A DNA stretch of 64,000 nt from the human T2T-CHM13v2.0 reference genome, Homo sapiens, in NCBI RefSeq assembly GCF_009914755.1, contig NC_060940.1, one strand, 5' to 3'. Position 1 is the stretch's first letter; each line of letters begins with the position of its first letter. Made by a program: the position numbers and the translations under genes. Below, in pieces: positions 25,911-38,622 of this stretch. Below the pieces are notes generated by a model, which saw only the letters and a list, made by a program, of their open reading frames with translations, did not search any database and was not told the DNA's origin.

Positions 25911-26490
25911 GTCTTACTGTACCATATGTATGTGGTTCCATCATACATCATCGTAGGTCATCGTCACCTTTTTCTCCCTTAGGTATAAGCCTTTTCTTAT
26001 GTTATTGTCTCTTTTCATAAATAGGATTTTTCATAGTGACATACACATCATTGAATTAATAAACCACAATTTAAGTAACTATTTCCACATTACTGAATAT
26101 TTAGCTTGTTCTTTTAGTCCCCTCCAGTTTGACACTGCAAACACCAAATTTGGTCCTCTGTTATTTTACTTCCAGAAAATAATTTTTTAGAACTAAGATT
26201 ACCAAGTCACTAATATTTTTGTGGTTCTTAATGGATATATATTGCCAACTGCTTTTCAAAACTATTGTTATATTTAATACCATCAAAATATATCCATTCA
26301 CAAGTTTAATTACACTGTCTTCATCATTAGTCATAACGTTTTAAAAACATAATTGCCAGCATAAGAGGGAATCTATCTATGTCTTTCTATTTCTCTCTCT
26401 ATATATATACATACATTTTATATACATATAAGCACACATCAAACATACTATATACTATATACATACTATATATTATATGCATGGTGTGTG

Positions 26491-26580
26491 TGTGTTTATA
26501 TATAAACACACTGTTTATATATATGTGTTTATATATAAACACACTGTTTATATATATGTGTTTATATATAAACACACTGT
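26491..26580. repeat. 33-bp minisatellite (about 2.7 copies) within a TA-rich tract
   Basis: Unit TGTGTTTATATATAAACACACTGTTTATATATA at 26491, 26524, 26557. Confidence 0.95.
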
Positions 26581-27499
26581 ATGTATGATGCATGTATATA
26601 TACATATTTTAAACAATTTCTAAGTCATACTCAAATAGAGATGATAGTACTTTGACATTTCTTTAAAATCTAGGCAAACCTGAGATGCTTTTATCATTGA
26701 AAGTAGAAGGTGTCCCCATTACTGGCAGGGAAATAGATTCCAGAATTTCATATTCTCTCCAGGTCAGCCACTACAAATGAGAACTGAAGAATTAATCTAA
26801 GACTTTTTTCATTTTTAAAAATCGGGTTATTACTTTAGCAGAAATATGACTTTATGCCTTCATAACTAATTGTACTAATTTATGAATAAAGTACATTTTT
26901 ATTTAAAAAACCAAGAGGCATACTAGAAGAAATTAATCCACTTATTTTCTTCTCAAGTAAGTGGTTTACTTAAGCATACATATATATACAATTTCATTTT
27001 CCTAAGACCTAGAAAAAATTCCCAAACTGATTTCTTAAAATTTTTACTTGAAAAAAATTTCAGCTTATAAAGAAGTTGCAAGAGTCGTACCATAGTTGGA
27101 AATACTCTGAATCATTTGCTTTGTTTTGGTGTGATAGAGATTTTTTGTAACGATCACTTATAATGTAACTCCCTGGAATATTAAAACAATTGTTAAGGAC
27201 CTGATGTTGTGATTAGAGCAGCCCCGTTTCTTTCGTTTTTATATTCCTGACAGTGAAAATTGCTGTGCAAATAGTAGAAACTCAGAATGTGTTGTTGAAT
27301 TGAATTGTTAGATTGTCTTAGTCCTCTTCTATTCAGGCATTTTCTAAGACAATGTGATTGATACAAACAAGTAGAAAATATGCTTTCTCAATACAATGAG
27401 TTTTATTTCCAGTGGGACTGTTTAATCAGAATGAAATGTTGTTGTACCACGATGACTGCCCTGCCCTTAGAAGTCAATTATTTTATGATGGAGAAAAAA

Positions 27500-27670
27500 C
27501 TGTGGTCCGTAGATCAGTAGAATCAGCATACCTGGGACCTGGTTAGAAATTCATAATCTGTAGCCAAAACCTATGAAATTGGAATCTACAATTAGAAGAC
27601 CCTCAGGAGTATGCACGTTAAAGTTTGAGGTGTTTAAAGTTAAAGTATGCACTTTAAAGTTTGAGGTGTG
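27500..27670. mobile_element. MER5-family fragment with duplicated end
   Basis: TGTGGTCC...GTTAGAAAT...ATGCACGTTAAAGTTTGAG, the end repeated twice. Confidence 0.6.
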
Positions 27671-27771
27671 TTTATTCAGGTAGCTTTCCTTTCTTCTCAT
27701 ATAGTTTTTAGGTATAAATGAAAGGTCTGGATTATTTCACGTATTGGCAGATGTGTATTTATTTTTTAGTG

Positions 27772-27946
27772 CAGTGCTTCTCAAAGTATGGTCCCTGGAC
27801 CAGCAGCATCTGCATTACCTGAGAACTTATTTGAAATGCAAATTCTTGGGTCCTTCCTCAGGTCCGAATCAGAAACTTTGGAGAATGGCACTACTGTTTA
27901 ACGAGACCTTCAAGTAATTCTGATGGCTAGAGTTTGAGGACCACTG
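27772..27946. mobile_element. MER5A hAT-Charlie element
   Basis: CAGTGCTTCTCAAAG...CCAGCAGCATC...AAATGCAAATTCTTGGG...AGTTTGAGGACCACTG; degenerate 8-bp TSD TTTTAGTG/CTTTAATG. Confidence 0.9.
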
Positions 27947-28864
27947 CTTTAATGCTTACGAGAGTTGAATTAGTTGTTTAAACAGAAATCTTAGAGGCTT
28001 TGAATCCACTTACAAATTAGTCTTTTCAAAGGTGTACTTTTTAAGTGTCTGCATAATGCGAATGTTGTGAAGTATGTCAACTCTTGGGATTTAGGAATAG
28101 CAGAGTATTAGTATTCCAGAGGCAAAATTGTAATTGGCCTTTTCACTTGCATTTTCCCCACAAGTGACAAAAGGCTAAAATTAACAATAGAAAGGCATTT
28201 GTTTACATCCAGGCAACCTTCTTTTTTAAAAACCAAGGCACAATTTTAGATAGTTGATAATACCTGGAAAAGCTTGGGCTCAACTTGAGGAAGTAGATTC
28301 CATTTTACTTTTCCTTTATTTCCCAGATACAGAGAAATCCATGTTAAATGCCTTCCGTGGGTCCAGAACTTCTTGCTTGTTCTCTTTGCCCCCAGTCTCC
28401 TATTTGACAGAGCAGCTGCACTATAATAAATGACTCCCTGGCATTTCAGCATCATAGCTGGGGACTCTGCCAAAGCCCTGGCCACGTCTCTGTAGTGGGA
28501 CGTACAACAACGAAGAAAAGAGGCTGGATCCACAAACCCCACAGGAAATTAGTCTCATTATTGCAACTCAATTCATGTTCCCATCCAGAAGAGGGCTTCA
28601 TTGCACATGGCAATTAATTTACTATGCAGAGTGTGTTTTGCTTGGTATCAGCTTTTATTCTGACTTCCAGGACAAAATGGTTGCCTGAGTTCTTAATCGT
28701 GTGTGTGATTTGACAGTCAAGATGGGCTATGGGAATCATCTCTTGGTAGTGTCATCAGCAGAAAGAAAATTCTTTTCTGAATTGAGCTTTGGTTGTATGG
28801 GATAGATATCTGTTCTGTTGGTGGTGGTGGTGGTGGTGGTTTTGTGTTTTAATTTTTGGACTGT

Positions 28865-29080
28865 GACCTCAGTTTGAGTGAGCAATGTGATGCAGCTGCT
28901 AACAAAAAAAATCAAAGAGAAAACTCTAAACTCTGTTAATAATTGTACATTGTAAGGTAGTAAGGCATGTTAGCCTCACTGTGCTTGTCACAGATCAGAA
29001 TCTACCTAGAGAACTGGGATACACGTAGAAGCCCAAGAGTACTAGATGATCTCCTATAAAGAGCCAGGATGGTAGAAGAC
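28865..29080 (+). mobile_element. L3/CR1 LINE fragment, resuming at ~29670-29725
   Basis: GCAATGTGATGCAGCTGCTAACAAAAA...CCAGGATGGT; continuation GAGGAATAGTTTGAAG. Confidence 0.55.
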
Positions 29081-29081
29081 C

Positions 29082-29670
29082 TGTGGATTGGCCTTCTGCT
29101 ATGTTTCTGTTTCCCAGCATCTTTTCCCTCCTGCCACTGCCTATTTTAAGCAATTTTACTTGAACTTTCAAATATGTGCCTTGGTCATCCCAACAGATAC
29201 CTGCACCTAGTTGGCCAATCAGATCACTAATTGTCCGGTCTCAGCGATTGATCTAGACACATTTATGACCAATATATGGCAGATGAGAGTTCTTTGGGGG
29301 AAATTAATTTGAATGTTGCAGAGTGTTGGCCTTCTCACTCCCCTGAAATATGAGTTCCAAAGACAAGGTGAATCTGGAATTGTGGGGTCCAATTTTTTTT
29401 TCAAATGGACACAGTGAGTTGGATAAAAAGCCCGACAGAGCCAAGAAATGGAGAGAGAAGGAGAGAGAGAGAGACAGAGAGAGAGAAGGAGGAAGGTGGG
29501 AAGAGAGTGACAGACCTTACGGTGTTATTCAAATCCCTGGATCCAGCTGTACCTAAAGCCCATACCTTGAGCTTCCCCATTACATGCACCAATATATTAT
29601 CTGTTTAATGAGTTTGTTTGCATTACATTCAATGAGGCTTCACTTACATAGCCCAGGAGTCTCACTTACG
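29082..29670 (+). mobile_element. MLT1 (K/L-like) LTR with internal (GA)n
   Basis: CAGAGCCAAGAAATGGAGAGAG...CCCTGGATCCAGCTGTACCTAAAGCC...CACTTACA. Confidence 0.65.
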
Positions 29671-31496
29671 AGGAATAGTTTGAAGAGAGAGGTAACCCTG
29701 ATGGAGAAAAAATGAAGATTTATCGTGACAGGAGTGGGGCAGGAAAACCCACTTCCCTTCACATATCTCCAGGTTCGGAACTCATCTATTCCTCATAACA
29801 GTGCTCTGAAGTATTACCTAGCCTGTGCTACAGATACAAAAACTCAATGTAAGGCTCTAACTTGTTTAAAGTCACATACAGAGTGAGAGAGCTGGGACTG
29901 GAACCCATGTTCATGCGATTGTTTTAAATAGGTGTCCCTACTTCTGAGTTTCCATTGCATTATGTATATATTTTCCTTGAACCTCCTTAAACTTAACGTA
30001 TTATAAATGTTTGTAGAGTCTACTAGGCTATGCCTTGACAGTCATTTTTTGCTTCCCTCCTTTCCTTCCTTCCTCACTTGTTTCTTTGCGTCCCTCATTT
30101 TCTCCCTTCTTCCTCCTTTCCTTTATGTTCACCAGCACCTAACATACATTTATGCCTATTGGAGGTGTCAGTGATGTTATTTTTGCCAATGACTGAATGA
30201 AAGAAAAAAATGTATAAGTTGAAGGCTCCTGTCTCTAGAAACATGGAACTAAAGGCAAGTCGATTTTTGTTTAGGCATTATGGGGAGGGTATTCCTGGGT
30301 GGGGCCAAAGATCAGATTAAGAATCCCCCATAACCCTTTAAAGTCAACAGTCCATGGAGGAGTTGCACCAAAAAGAGACTCTCCTTCTAAACATCTGTGT
30401 GTGATTCCTGGAGGACATAAGTTGAGCGGGGTGCTTTTGGAGGTTAACTCCAAAAGCAGCGATGCTTCAGAGGGCAGCGGTTGTAAACAGAAATCAGGAA
30501 GCAGATGGTGGGGGTATCTGTGGCCAGAAATAAGAATATCTTTATTGCTGAGTAAATAAACAAGCCACATCCTGACTAAATGGGTGGAAATTTCCTGAAC
30601 ATCCAGGAAGGATGTCTGGTCTTTAATCTGTTTTTGGAAAGTCAACCTCAGAGCACTAAGCCCAAGTGTGTGCCTCTACCAGCCTCAATCTTTATCTTGT
30701 GATTTATCACCCACTCTCTCCTTCTTTAGGGAGCTTGTTGGTTATTCTGCTTATGGACTCACAGAAGAGAACAATTCTTCCTCCCTTTGCCCATTCAATT
30801 CCAATCTGAATGTTAGTACCAGACTAATGATCTGACATAGACTGAAGAAGGTTCCAAGGACTTTTCTGAAAGCTGAGCCCATTTTTGTTCACCATTCTCT
30901 TAAAGTCTCAGGTGGAGAAGGAAGACCTTAAATAATAGCTTTTCTTTTATAATGAAAGGGGAAAAATATCTGAAAGAATGCTTCCAGCTGATAGAGGTTG
31001 GACAGAACAGTAAGGAGAAATTCTCTAAGTCCACCTGGAGCTTATTAAGATTGAAAATTGCAAGAGATTGGCTTAAGCTGATTTTTTTTTTTCCCAACAG
31101 CCTAGGCAAAGACTCTGATTTCCAATTTTCTGTTATGGTTGAGTGCATTCTTCCGGCAAATATTTAGTAGGCACTCTTAATGCTAGGACTGGTCACTTAA
31201 AACAAGTGTCTTTAAATATTCTTAATTTAGACACATAATCTTCAAACCACAACAGTGATGGAATGAAAGCTAGTCATCAGCAGTTTGCAAAAATTATGGC
31301 GCTGGTCCTCTCCCCAGCCAACTTAACTGGGCTTCTACCATCCTCCTCCTTCCTGATCTTTCTTTTCTCTTCCTGAGCATCTTTCCAGTTCCCTATTTAA
31401 TCATATGTAATCTTCAGTATGTGCTTTTATGTGGAAAGCCAGATGTGTACCAGTTGATGTCACCATGATGGACAAGAAAAAGGGAAGCTTACAGAG

Positions 31497-32097
31497 AAGG
31501 GCAGATTCATGGGCTTGCAACATGTACAATTGCATAGGGCCCTGTGCTTAACAGGAGGGCCCATGCGTGCGAGTTAATGCTCTGTCATCACTACCCTGAA
31601 ATTCTTAATAGATTTTTTTTTGTGTTTTGTAAATGAAGTCCAAAGGAACAATGGAGCATGAGCTGGGGCTTGGAGCCTCACTTCACAGACAGCCCCACCT
31701 CCTCCTGCCTCCTCACTTCCCTGGGAGAGGTCTTTAGCCACCTGATCCCTGACCTTGCCCTACACAAGGCACACACTGACCTCCTACTACAGCACCTCAT
31801 TGCAACTAGCATGGTCCAGAGCTCTGGGGCAGGGAGGTTTTTGTCAGGTGCATGTAACCCACATGCAGAATTATAGGACAGAGCCCCAGGTTCCTGGAAA
31901 GGTCAGACTTATCCTTCATATATTCCATGCCTGAGAGAGCACAATATTAAATAGCAAATAAAAAACACCATGACAGATTGAGAGAAAGACCATGGAGAAC
32001 AGGTAAAAAAAAAAAAAAAAGTTTTGTCTGCTTTTTAGACAAGAGATCGCACGTTTTCGTTTTGTACCTAGCTCTGCAAATTATGTTGCAGGCTCTG
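31497..32097 (+). mobile_element. MER45B/C-like hAT-Tip100 element
   Basis: GGGCAGATTCATGGGC...GGGCCC...TTAATGCTCTG...GAAATTCTTAATA ... GCAAATTATGTTGCAGGCTCTG. Confidence 0.8.
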
Positions 32098-33129
32098 GTT
32101 ACATACAGCCTTTAGTTTATCAGCACACAGTGTTGGTGAGCGGATGAGAAATGTGGATCCTCCCGCAGGTGAGTATAAGGATGTCTGAATGTACAGAAAG
32201 CAGCCTGATGTAGGCCAGCCCCATACTTAACTGACGAATTTATCGGTTGTATCTGTCTTCCAGAAACATACAGGCTAAACGCCAACAAACAATGACCATG
32301 TCTAAGCATCTGAATATTCCTCTAAGAAATCAACTGACAAATTTGGGGGAAACAAGATGATAGCTGAAATTAACAGAATATCCCCCAAAGCAGCAGCATG
32401 GGAAACAAGTGTTATTTATACCATAAGCTAACAAGGCAGGCCTGGGACAATCAATACATGAGCCTCCTTTCCACCAAATTCTCTTCTCATTATGTAAATA
32501 GGATGGCCTGAGGTGCAAGAACAATGAATAGAATAATAATCGGAAATGTAATGGAACTAATAGTGGATTTCTCCGGACTGTTAACTTCTGTTCAAAGAGC
32601 CCGCCAATGATGGATAGAGAGCGGCGTGCAGAAAGGAATCTTTCCCTGGTTCAGCTTGGGTGCACTGCCTTGTGCTGACTCTGTCCCCTCCCCTACCCAC
32701 CACACCCCATGTGTCTAGAACAATCTCCTCTGCAGTACTTCATTTCCTAAATGAATTAGTCCAGAGCCCTGTTTTGAACAGATGCCTGTACAGTTCTTGA
32801 TTGGTTGAGGCAAGTCTAAACTGACATAAGCCCTAACTCTAAAACATGTGACTTTTTACTTTGAAAATGTCCAATTCTCAGTTGTGAGCTATTCATGTGC
32901 AAGTAACAAACACCTACTCAAACAAGCTTAAGAAAAGCAGGGAATTCCTGGGAGGATGCAGGAGCAGGAAATTGAGCCAGTCGTTCCAAAGGGCCAGAAC
33001 CAGAAGGCAGACCACTGGGTCCCAGACAGATGGGTCATCTCTTTCCACTGTGATTCAAGCCCTGATTTGTGGCCTTTGCCTATTTTCATGATATCAATAC
33101 CTCCACCGTGGCTGATTGCAAGCTACCAA

Positions 33130-33432
33130 TGACGTATCATAGAATGTGGCACTGGGGAGGGATGTGCAGCCGCACCCCATTATTGTACCCCATTATGTAG
33201 TACTTCTGCCATGCAGATATAATAGATAAATAATCTTAAAAGCATAGATAACAGTCAAATACATTTGTAAAAGAGTTAAGAAGTGATGCATTTTGAGTAT
33301 TCATTGCCTTTGCTTTTAAGATTATTGAATCATGAGTGCATGTAATGTCTAATAACATCAATGTTTAACTGGCTTAGAAAAATCCTGAAATTTCAAAAGT
33401 GACCTCTTACAAACAGTACGTGTCAGCTCCTA
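33130..33432 (-). mobile_element. MER63 (B-like) fragment
   Basis: AGCATAGATAA...AAGTGATG...TTTTGAGTATT...AATCCTGAAATTT...CAGCTCC. Confidence 0.6.
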
Positions 33433-35991
33433 CTTATTATTCCTCCTCATGAGTCCATGGAAACAGCCTCTCTGGGAAGAAGGCAGAGAGCAGGAGACAG
33501 GTCGTGGTACAGAAGGAAGTGACTGGCAGAAGTACATGGATGGCATCTCAGTTCAATCTCTCTTTATTATTTTGGCATAATTCAAAGTTCATATCTCACT
33601 TCATCTCAAAAACAATATGCATATCTGTCCTTGGCTTCATTTTCCTCCTACCTCTTCAGACATCTCTTCTCTGGCTCTTCCCCTTAACCCCTAACTGGGG
33701 GCTTTCTACCCTGTCTTTGCACACCATTTATCCTCTCTATAATGACAGCTCCTAAATCTAAGAAATGGGCACATTTCCCCTGCTAAGCTACAGACCTGTG
33801 TATTTACGTACTTCCTAGATATTGCCCCATGCATGGCCCACCATCACCTTAAATTCAAGATATCCAAAACAATTCTCCATCAAAAAAAAATTCTTTATAG
33901 CCAAATGGAAGTGTGCTGTAATGAGAGGCATGGACTTTGATTCTAGTGCCAAATTGTAGGTCTTAATGAGCTTGCTGACTGTGAGCACGTCACTGATTCT
34001 CCCTCATCTCAGAGTTTTGCCATCTCATAAACAGGCTTGACCTCGATTAATGGGTTTTACTCCACAATCCATGGGGCCCTTTATTCTGTGGGTCCACCTC
34101 AGAAGCTGTCCAAACATCAAGAGAGAAGTGGCCTTGGTCCAGTCCTGGGCACCCCATCTCCCATCACCAAGGGCCATCTGTCTTTCATCTTTTCATATGT
34201 TAAAGTTCCATGAACTATTTCTTCTCTGAAGTAGTCATCCACTAATTCATTGATTCACTGTGAATCATGAATAAGATCGTGATCACTCAGGAACCCTCTA
34301 GGTCTAGCATTCCGTGATTCTTCGGTTAGTGCTCACGCTTCTGGAATGAAAAGTACAAAGGTACAGGGGCAGCAGCTGGAGATGACAGCACAGTCTGTTG
34401 CCATGTGTAGTTCATGGCGCAGGGTCAGGGCAGAAACTCCTTAATATTAAACTTAGTGTACAGTAACTCTAATGCCTGATATTTGATTTGCATTAAGCAC
34501 TGACAAGAACCTTTCATGTCTATTTCTGCCCTGGGGTCCTAAAACATAAATTTTAACATTCCTTGCTTCTCCTTGATGATCATTCCCACATAGAAATGGA
34601 ACTGCATTAATAATGATTGTTGAAAAAATGAATAAATGATTGTTGAATGAATAACCGAATGAATGCCACCAGGGAAAATTATTGTCTCCAATTCATTTTA
34701 GGGCCTGAACTTTAGGAGAATAAAGTTATCCTAAAGAGAGCTGTTGGAACCTGCCTTTCTAACCAGCTTCCTATTTTCTAGAAAAGGGGTCACTGTTTGT
34801 AGGAATTGTCTAGGATTCCTGAGAACTGCCATCAAACATTCATTTTGCTTTTCCTATTGCTAAGCATTATCAGACAGAGACACAGCTTCTACACAAAGGA
34901 AGATGGTAGGGCATTGTCTGTTCAGGGCTGCTAGATCAATATTATAGTTTTATTTATCTATTAATTTATTTGGATTTCTAAGCAGCTCTACCTTTTGTTA
35001 CGATGATTATATGGCAAAATGCAAAACAACTTGACAGGACTTTGCTATCTAGACTTTTGATAATGATCTCTAAAAGCCAACTCATTTCATTTGCGTCCTT
35101 TTATGAATAATACAAAAAAATCCAAACCTTAACTAGTGTTTGTCACAGTCAGTGGGTACTTCATGAGCCAAGAGTGCATAGAAAGGTATTTTTGGTTCAT
35201 TACTAGGTTTCTATAATTGACCTGACATTTTGTGAGAGCAATCATGTTTGTTAAGGAGAAACTCAAGCCAATGCTGTAGTTGCAAAGTTCTCCTTACTAT
35301 TACCCTGGGAAACAAATTCATCAGAAGTGTGCAGATGTGTTTTATGTGTGCGTACACACATACATCCCTATGCATACACAAGCATGTACACACATTGGCA
35401 TGGGTCGACCTGATAAAATATATGCAGTGTTCTCTTTGTCCAAATCCAGCTGGTCATCTAGGGACTGTATAGAAAATTTGCCAGTGCCTGCAGCCCTACT
35501 CCATGTTTCCCTTTTTCTCTGCAGCTTGAGCCTCACCTTAAGGCCTAAGTGAGATATGCATTCTGTCCCAAATGATGGCTCATGGGGACAGAACATTTCT
35601 GAGTCTTCCTTTCTGACCCTCTAGTTATATGGCAGTGATTGCACTGAGGGAAAACCAGGAAATAACAAAGGAAACTGCTTAAGCAAGTTGTGTTTGGGAA
35701 GATTAGAAAAGGGAGTGCACAGGAGGATGAAGCTGAAGTCTCTGAGGAGGTAATCTTGTTCAAATAATAGCTTTTCTTGTAACCATATTTTGTCAAATTG
35801 GTTATTTCTGATGATGTATCCCCAATTTTCTGAAATGTTTTAAAACTTACATTGTAGCTTTCTCTCATTTCCTTATTCCTATGTTCTCATTCTGGTCCAT
35901 CATCTGTTCATTTATTCAGTCCATTCTTTGTGTATTCATTCAATTATTCTTTCAAGTGACATTTACTGATAATTAAAACTGTTAAAATCAC

Positions 35992-36083
35992 TGACGTCAA
36001 GGTCTATGAGCAAAACTGAACCAAACCAAAACAAGAACTAAACTAGAATCCGTTGTGGCGGGATTGACCACTAGGTGGTATGT
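35992..36083 (+). promoter_or_regulatory. Full CRE palindrome plus CTCF-like motif
   Basis: TGACGTCA at 35992-35999; TGACCACTAGGTGGTATGT at 36065-36083; motif match only. Confidence 0.45.
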
Positions 36084-37776
36084 CCATTCTTTGGCCTTAC
36101 TGGGGATTTAGGCATTTGTTTTGGTTATGTGCCTTGTTAAATATTCATCATGTCAAAATGGTGGTAGTAACATGAACACAATCAAGAAAATATGAAGAGA
36201 GTGATATAAATTATATTTGGAGCTCAGAGAGGGGCCAGGAAGACTTTACATGTTGGATTGCTTCTGCCTTAGGCAGAAAAGAAGTTGCAGAGCGTTCTAG
36301 GAGGAGTGAAATACTTGAGTAGGGGCTGGGAAGCAATAAAGCAAGTGGTATTTTCAAGTTTATGCATCCACAAGATCAGTGTTCAATATTTAAAATGTTC
36401 AATGTGTAAACTCTATCATGGAAAGATTTTTGAGGAAGTAGCTTGTAAAAAGTTGCATATTTCTATTTGTTGCTAGGGTTACCTAACCAACAGGTTCTTG
36501 GCTAAGCAAAAAACTACAGTCTGTAAATTAGATATTCTGGAATAAAAAATTTGGGGAAAGAGGAAAAGGACTCATGCTCCCAAGAAGGCCAAGTGAAAAG
36601 TGATATCCTTCTGATAGGGGAAGAAGTCATGAGTCATTAGTCTGGACTGCTATAGTAATGATAATAATAGTAAGAATAATAATAGCCACCATTTGTGGAT
36701 CACTTACTGCAAACCAGGAACTGTGTTAAATCCTTCTCATGTGCAAGCTGCTCCTTTAACCTGCGTGGCAACCCGGGGTGACTAGCTGTTAGTATAGCAG
36801 TTCCTTGCCCAAGTTTCTCAGTATCTTTCAGCCTCAGTTTCCTGTTGGGCAAAATAGAGATTACGGGACAGTGGGAACATTAAATGAGGCTATGCTTGTT
36901 ATGTGGTTAGCATGGTGTCAAGCAGGGAGTAACAGGTCAGTGAGAATTATAGTATTAGCTACTATTAGCATTTCTCCTTCCTCGTTAGTATTTTTCCTTC
37001 CCTGAGGAGGAAACAGAGAATTAGGAGGACCAAGCTGAATATAAGCAGTACCTGAGAGCATTCTTGGAAGATTATGCTTTCGTGAGCTCCTCTTAGAACT
37101 GAAAATTGATGATGAGAGAGACAGACTGTCACCAATGCATGACTATCACCTTGTCATTATTAAAGCACTTTCCACTAGTTTATATTATTTTATTCTCATA
37201 AGCTCTGTGAGGGCCAGGATTTGGGTCTTCTCTTGTCCCTTGCTACATCCTCATCTATATCAGTGGCTGGCACATTATCTTTGTTGACGACTGACCTTTC
37301 CTTTTCCTCTTTCTTTGCCTGGCAAACTGTTACTTGCCCATCAGGATCCATGGGGACATTGACGCTCCTCCATCACTCTCACCTCCAGTCCTCTCTTCCC
37401 ACACAACTCTTAGTTCATACAGTGGTCACAGTACCTCCATGCTGTATTGTATCATATCTACTCTCCTGTTTGTCTCTTGCTGCAGACTCCTCTAAGGCAG
37501 GGACCACTTTTCACCACCTTTCCATGCCCCTGGATCCTTGTTCAGGTTTGGCTTGATGTACGCACTTTGAAGATACTTGAATGAGTGACCACAAATATCT
37601 TCATTTGCATCTGAACAATTTTCTTGATATTTGAACTTCTTACCCAAACCCCCAAGTCCAAAGGCCCTTGTCTTGAGCTTACAGGTTTTCAAAGAATGCT
37701 TTACCTGGGTATAGGGCAGCTCTCACATGCCTGGGAGGAAGCCTTGGAGCAAAAACAAATCGATGGCTCTGAAAGA

Positions 37777-38050
37777 ATTATGTCAACATTTAATTGCAAG
37801 AGATAGCTGCTCTGCCCAGAGGGCTTCCGGAACACCTTAGCTTTTGGTTTAAAGCTCAATTTTAGGTAACTGATCAGGTAGAAGCTAGTTTGACTACCGC
37901 AGCTTGCAAATGCATTATGTCAACATTTAATTGCAAGAGATAGCTGCTCTGCCCAGAGGGCTTCCGGAACACCTTAGCTTTTGGTTTAAAGCTCAATTTT
38001 AGGTAACTGATCAGGTAGAAGCTAGTTTGACTACCGCAGCTTGCAAATGC
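37777..38050. repeat. Perfect 137-bp tandem duplication of unique sequence
   Basis: 37777-37913 is identical to 37914-38050. Confidence 0.98.
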
Positions 38051-38076
38051 AAGCTTTGGTAATAACGCCATAGCTT

Positions 38077-38385
38077 TTTTTTTGTTTTTTTTTTTTTTTG
38101 GGACAGAGTCTCTCTCTGTCTCCAGGCTGGAGCGCAGTGGTGCGATCTTGGTTCACTGCAACCTCTGCAGCGGATTCAAGCGATTATCCTGGCTCAGCTT
38201 TCGGAGTAGCTGGGACTATAGGCGTGTGCCACCACGCCCAGCTAGGCCAGCTAATTTTTGTATTTTTAGTAGAGACAGAGTTTCACCACGTTACACAAGA
38301 TGGTCTCGATTTCTTGACCTCGTGATCCGCCCGCCTCGGCCTCCCAAAGTGCTGAGATTACAGGCGTGAGTCACCGCACCTGGCC
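38077..38385 (-). mobile_element. AluSc-like
   Basis: GATGGTCTCGATTTCTTGACCTCGTGATCC; TSD GCCATAGCTT / GCCACAGCTT; internal CCAGCTA duplication. Confidence 0.93.
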
Positions 38386-38622
38386 GCCACAGCTTCTTAA
38401 AATGTCACTATCAATCCATTCTGAGGCTAGAAATCTCTCTGGCAAGTGTGTGAATGCAAAGGTAATGGCTTTACCTTTCAGGTTAGTTGTAGATAATCTC
38501 ATCTTTGTTCATGACCGGTGAGTGCCAAGCCCCCAGCATTGAGTATGTAGTCTCCAAGGGACATTTTCCTTGGACCAATTGGGAAAAGACCTGGTCAAAA
38601 TTGAGGAATGGGCAATACTCAC

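Noticed and set aside
26491-26580. Palindromic repeats resembling a CRISPR array
   Set aside because: The spacers are identical and only 13 bp, there are no cas genes, and the context is mammalian; it is a minisatellite.
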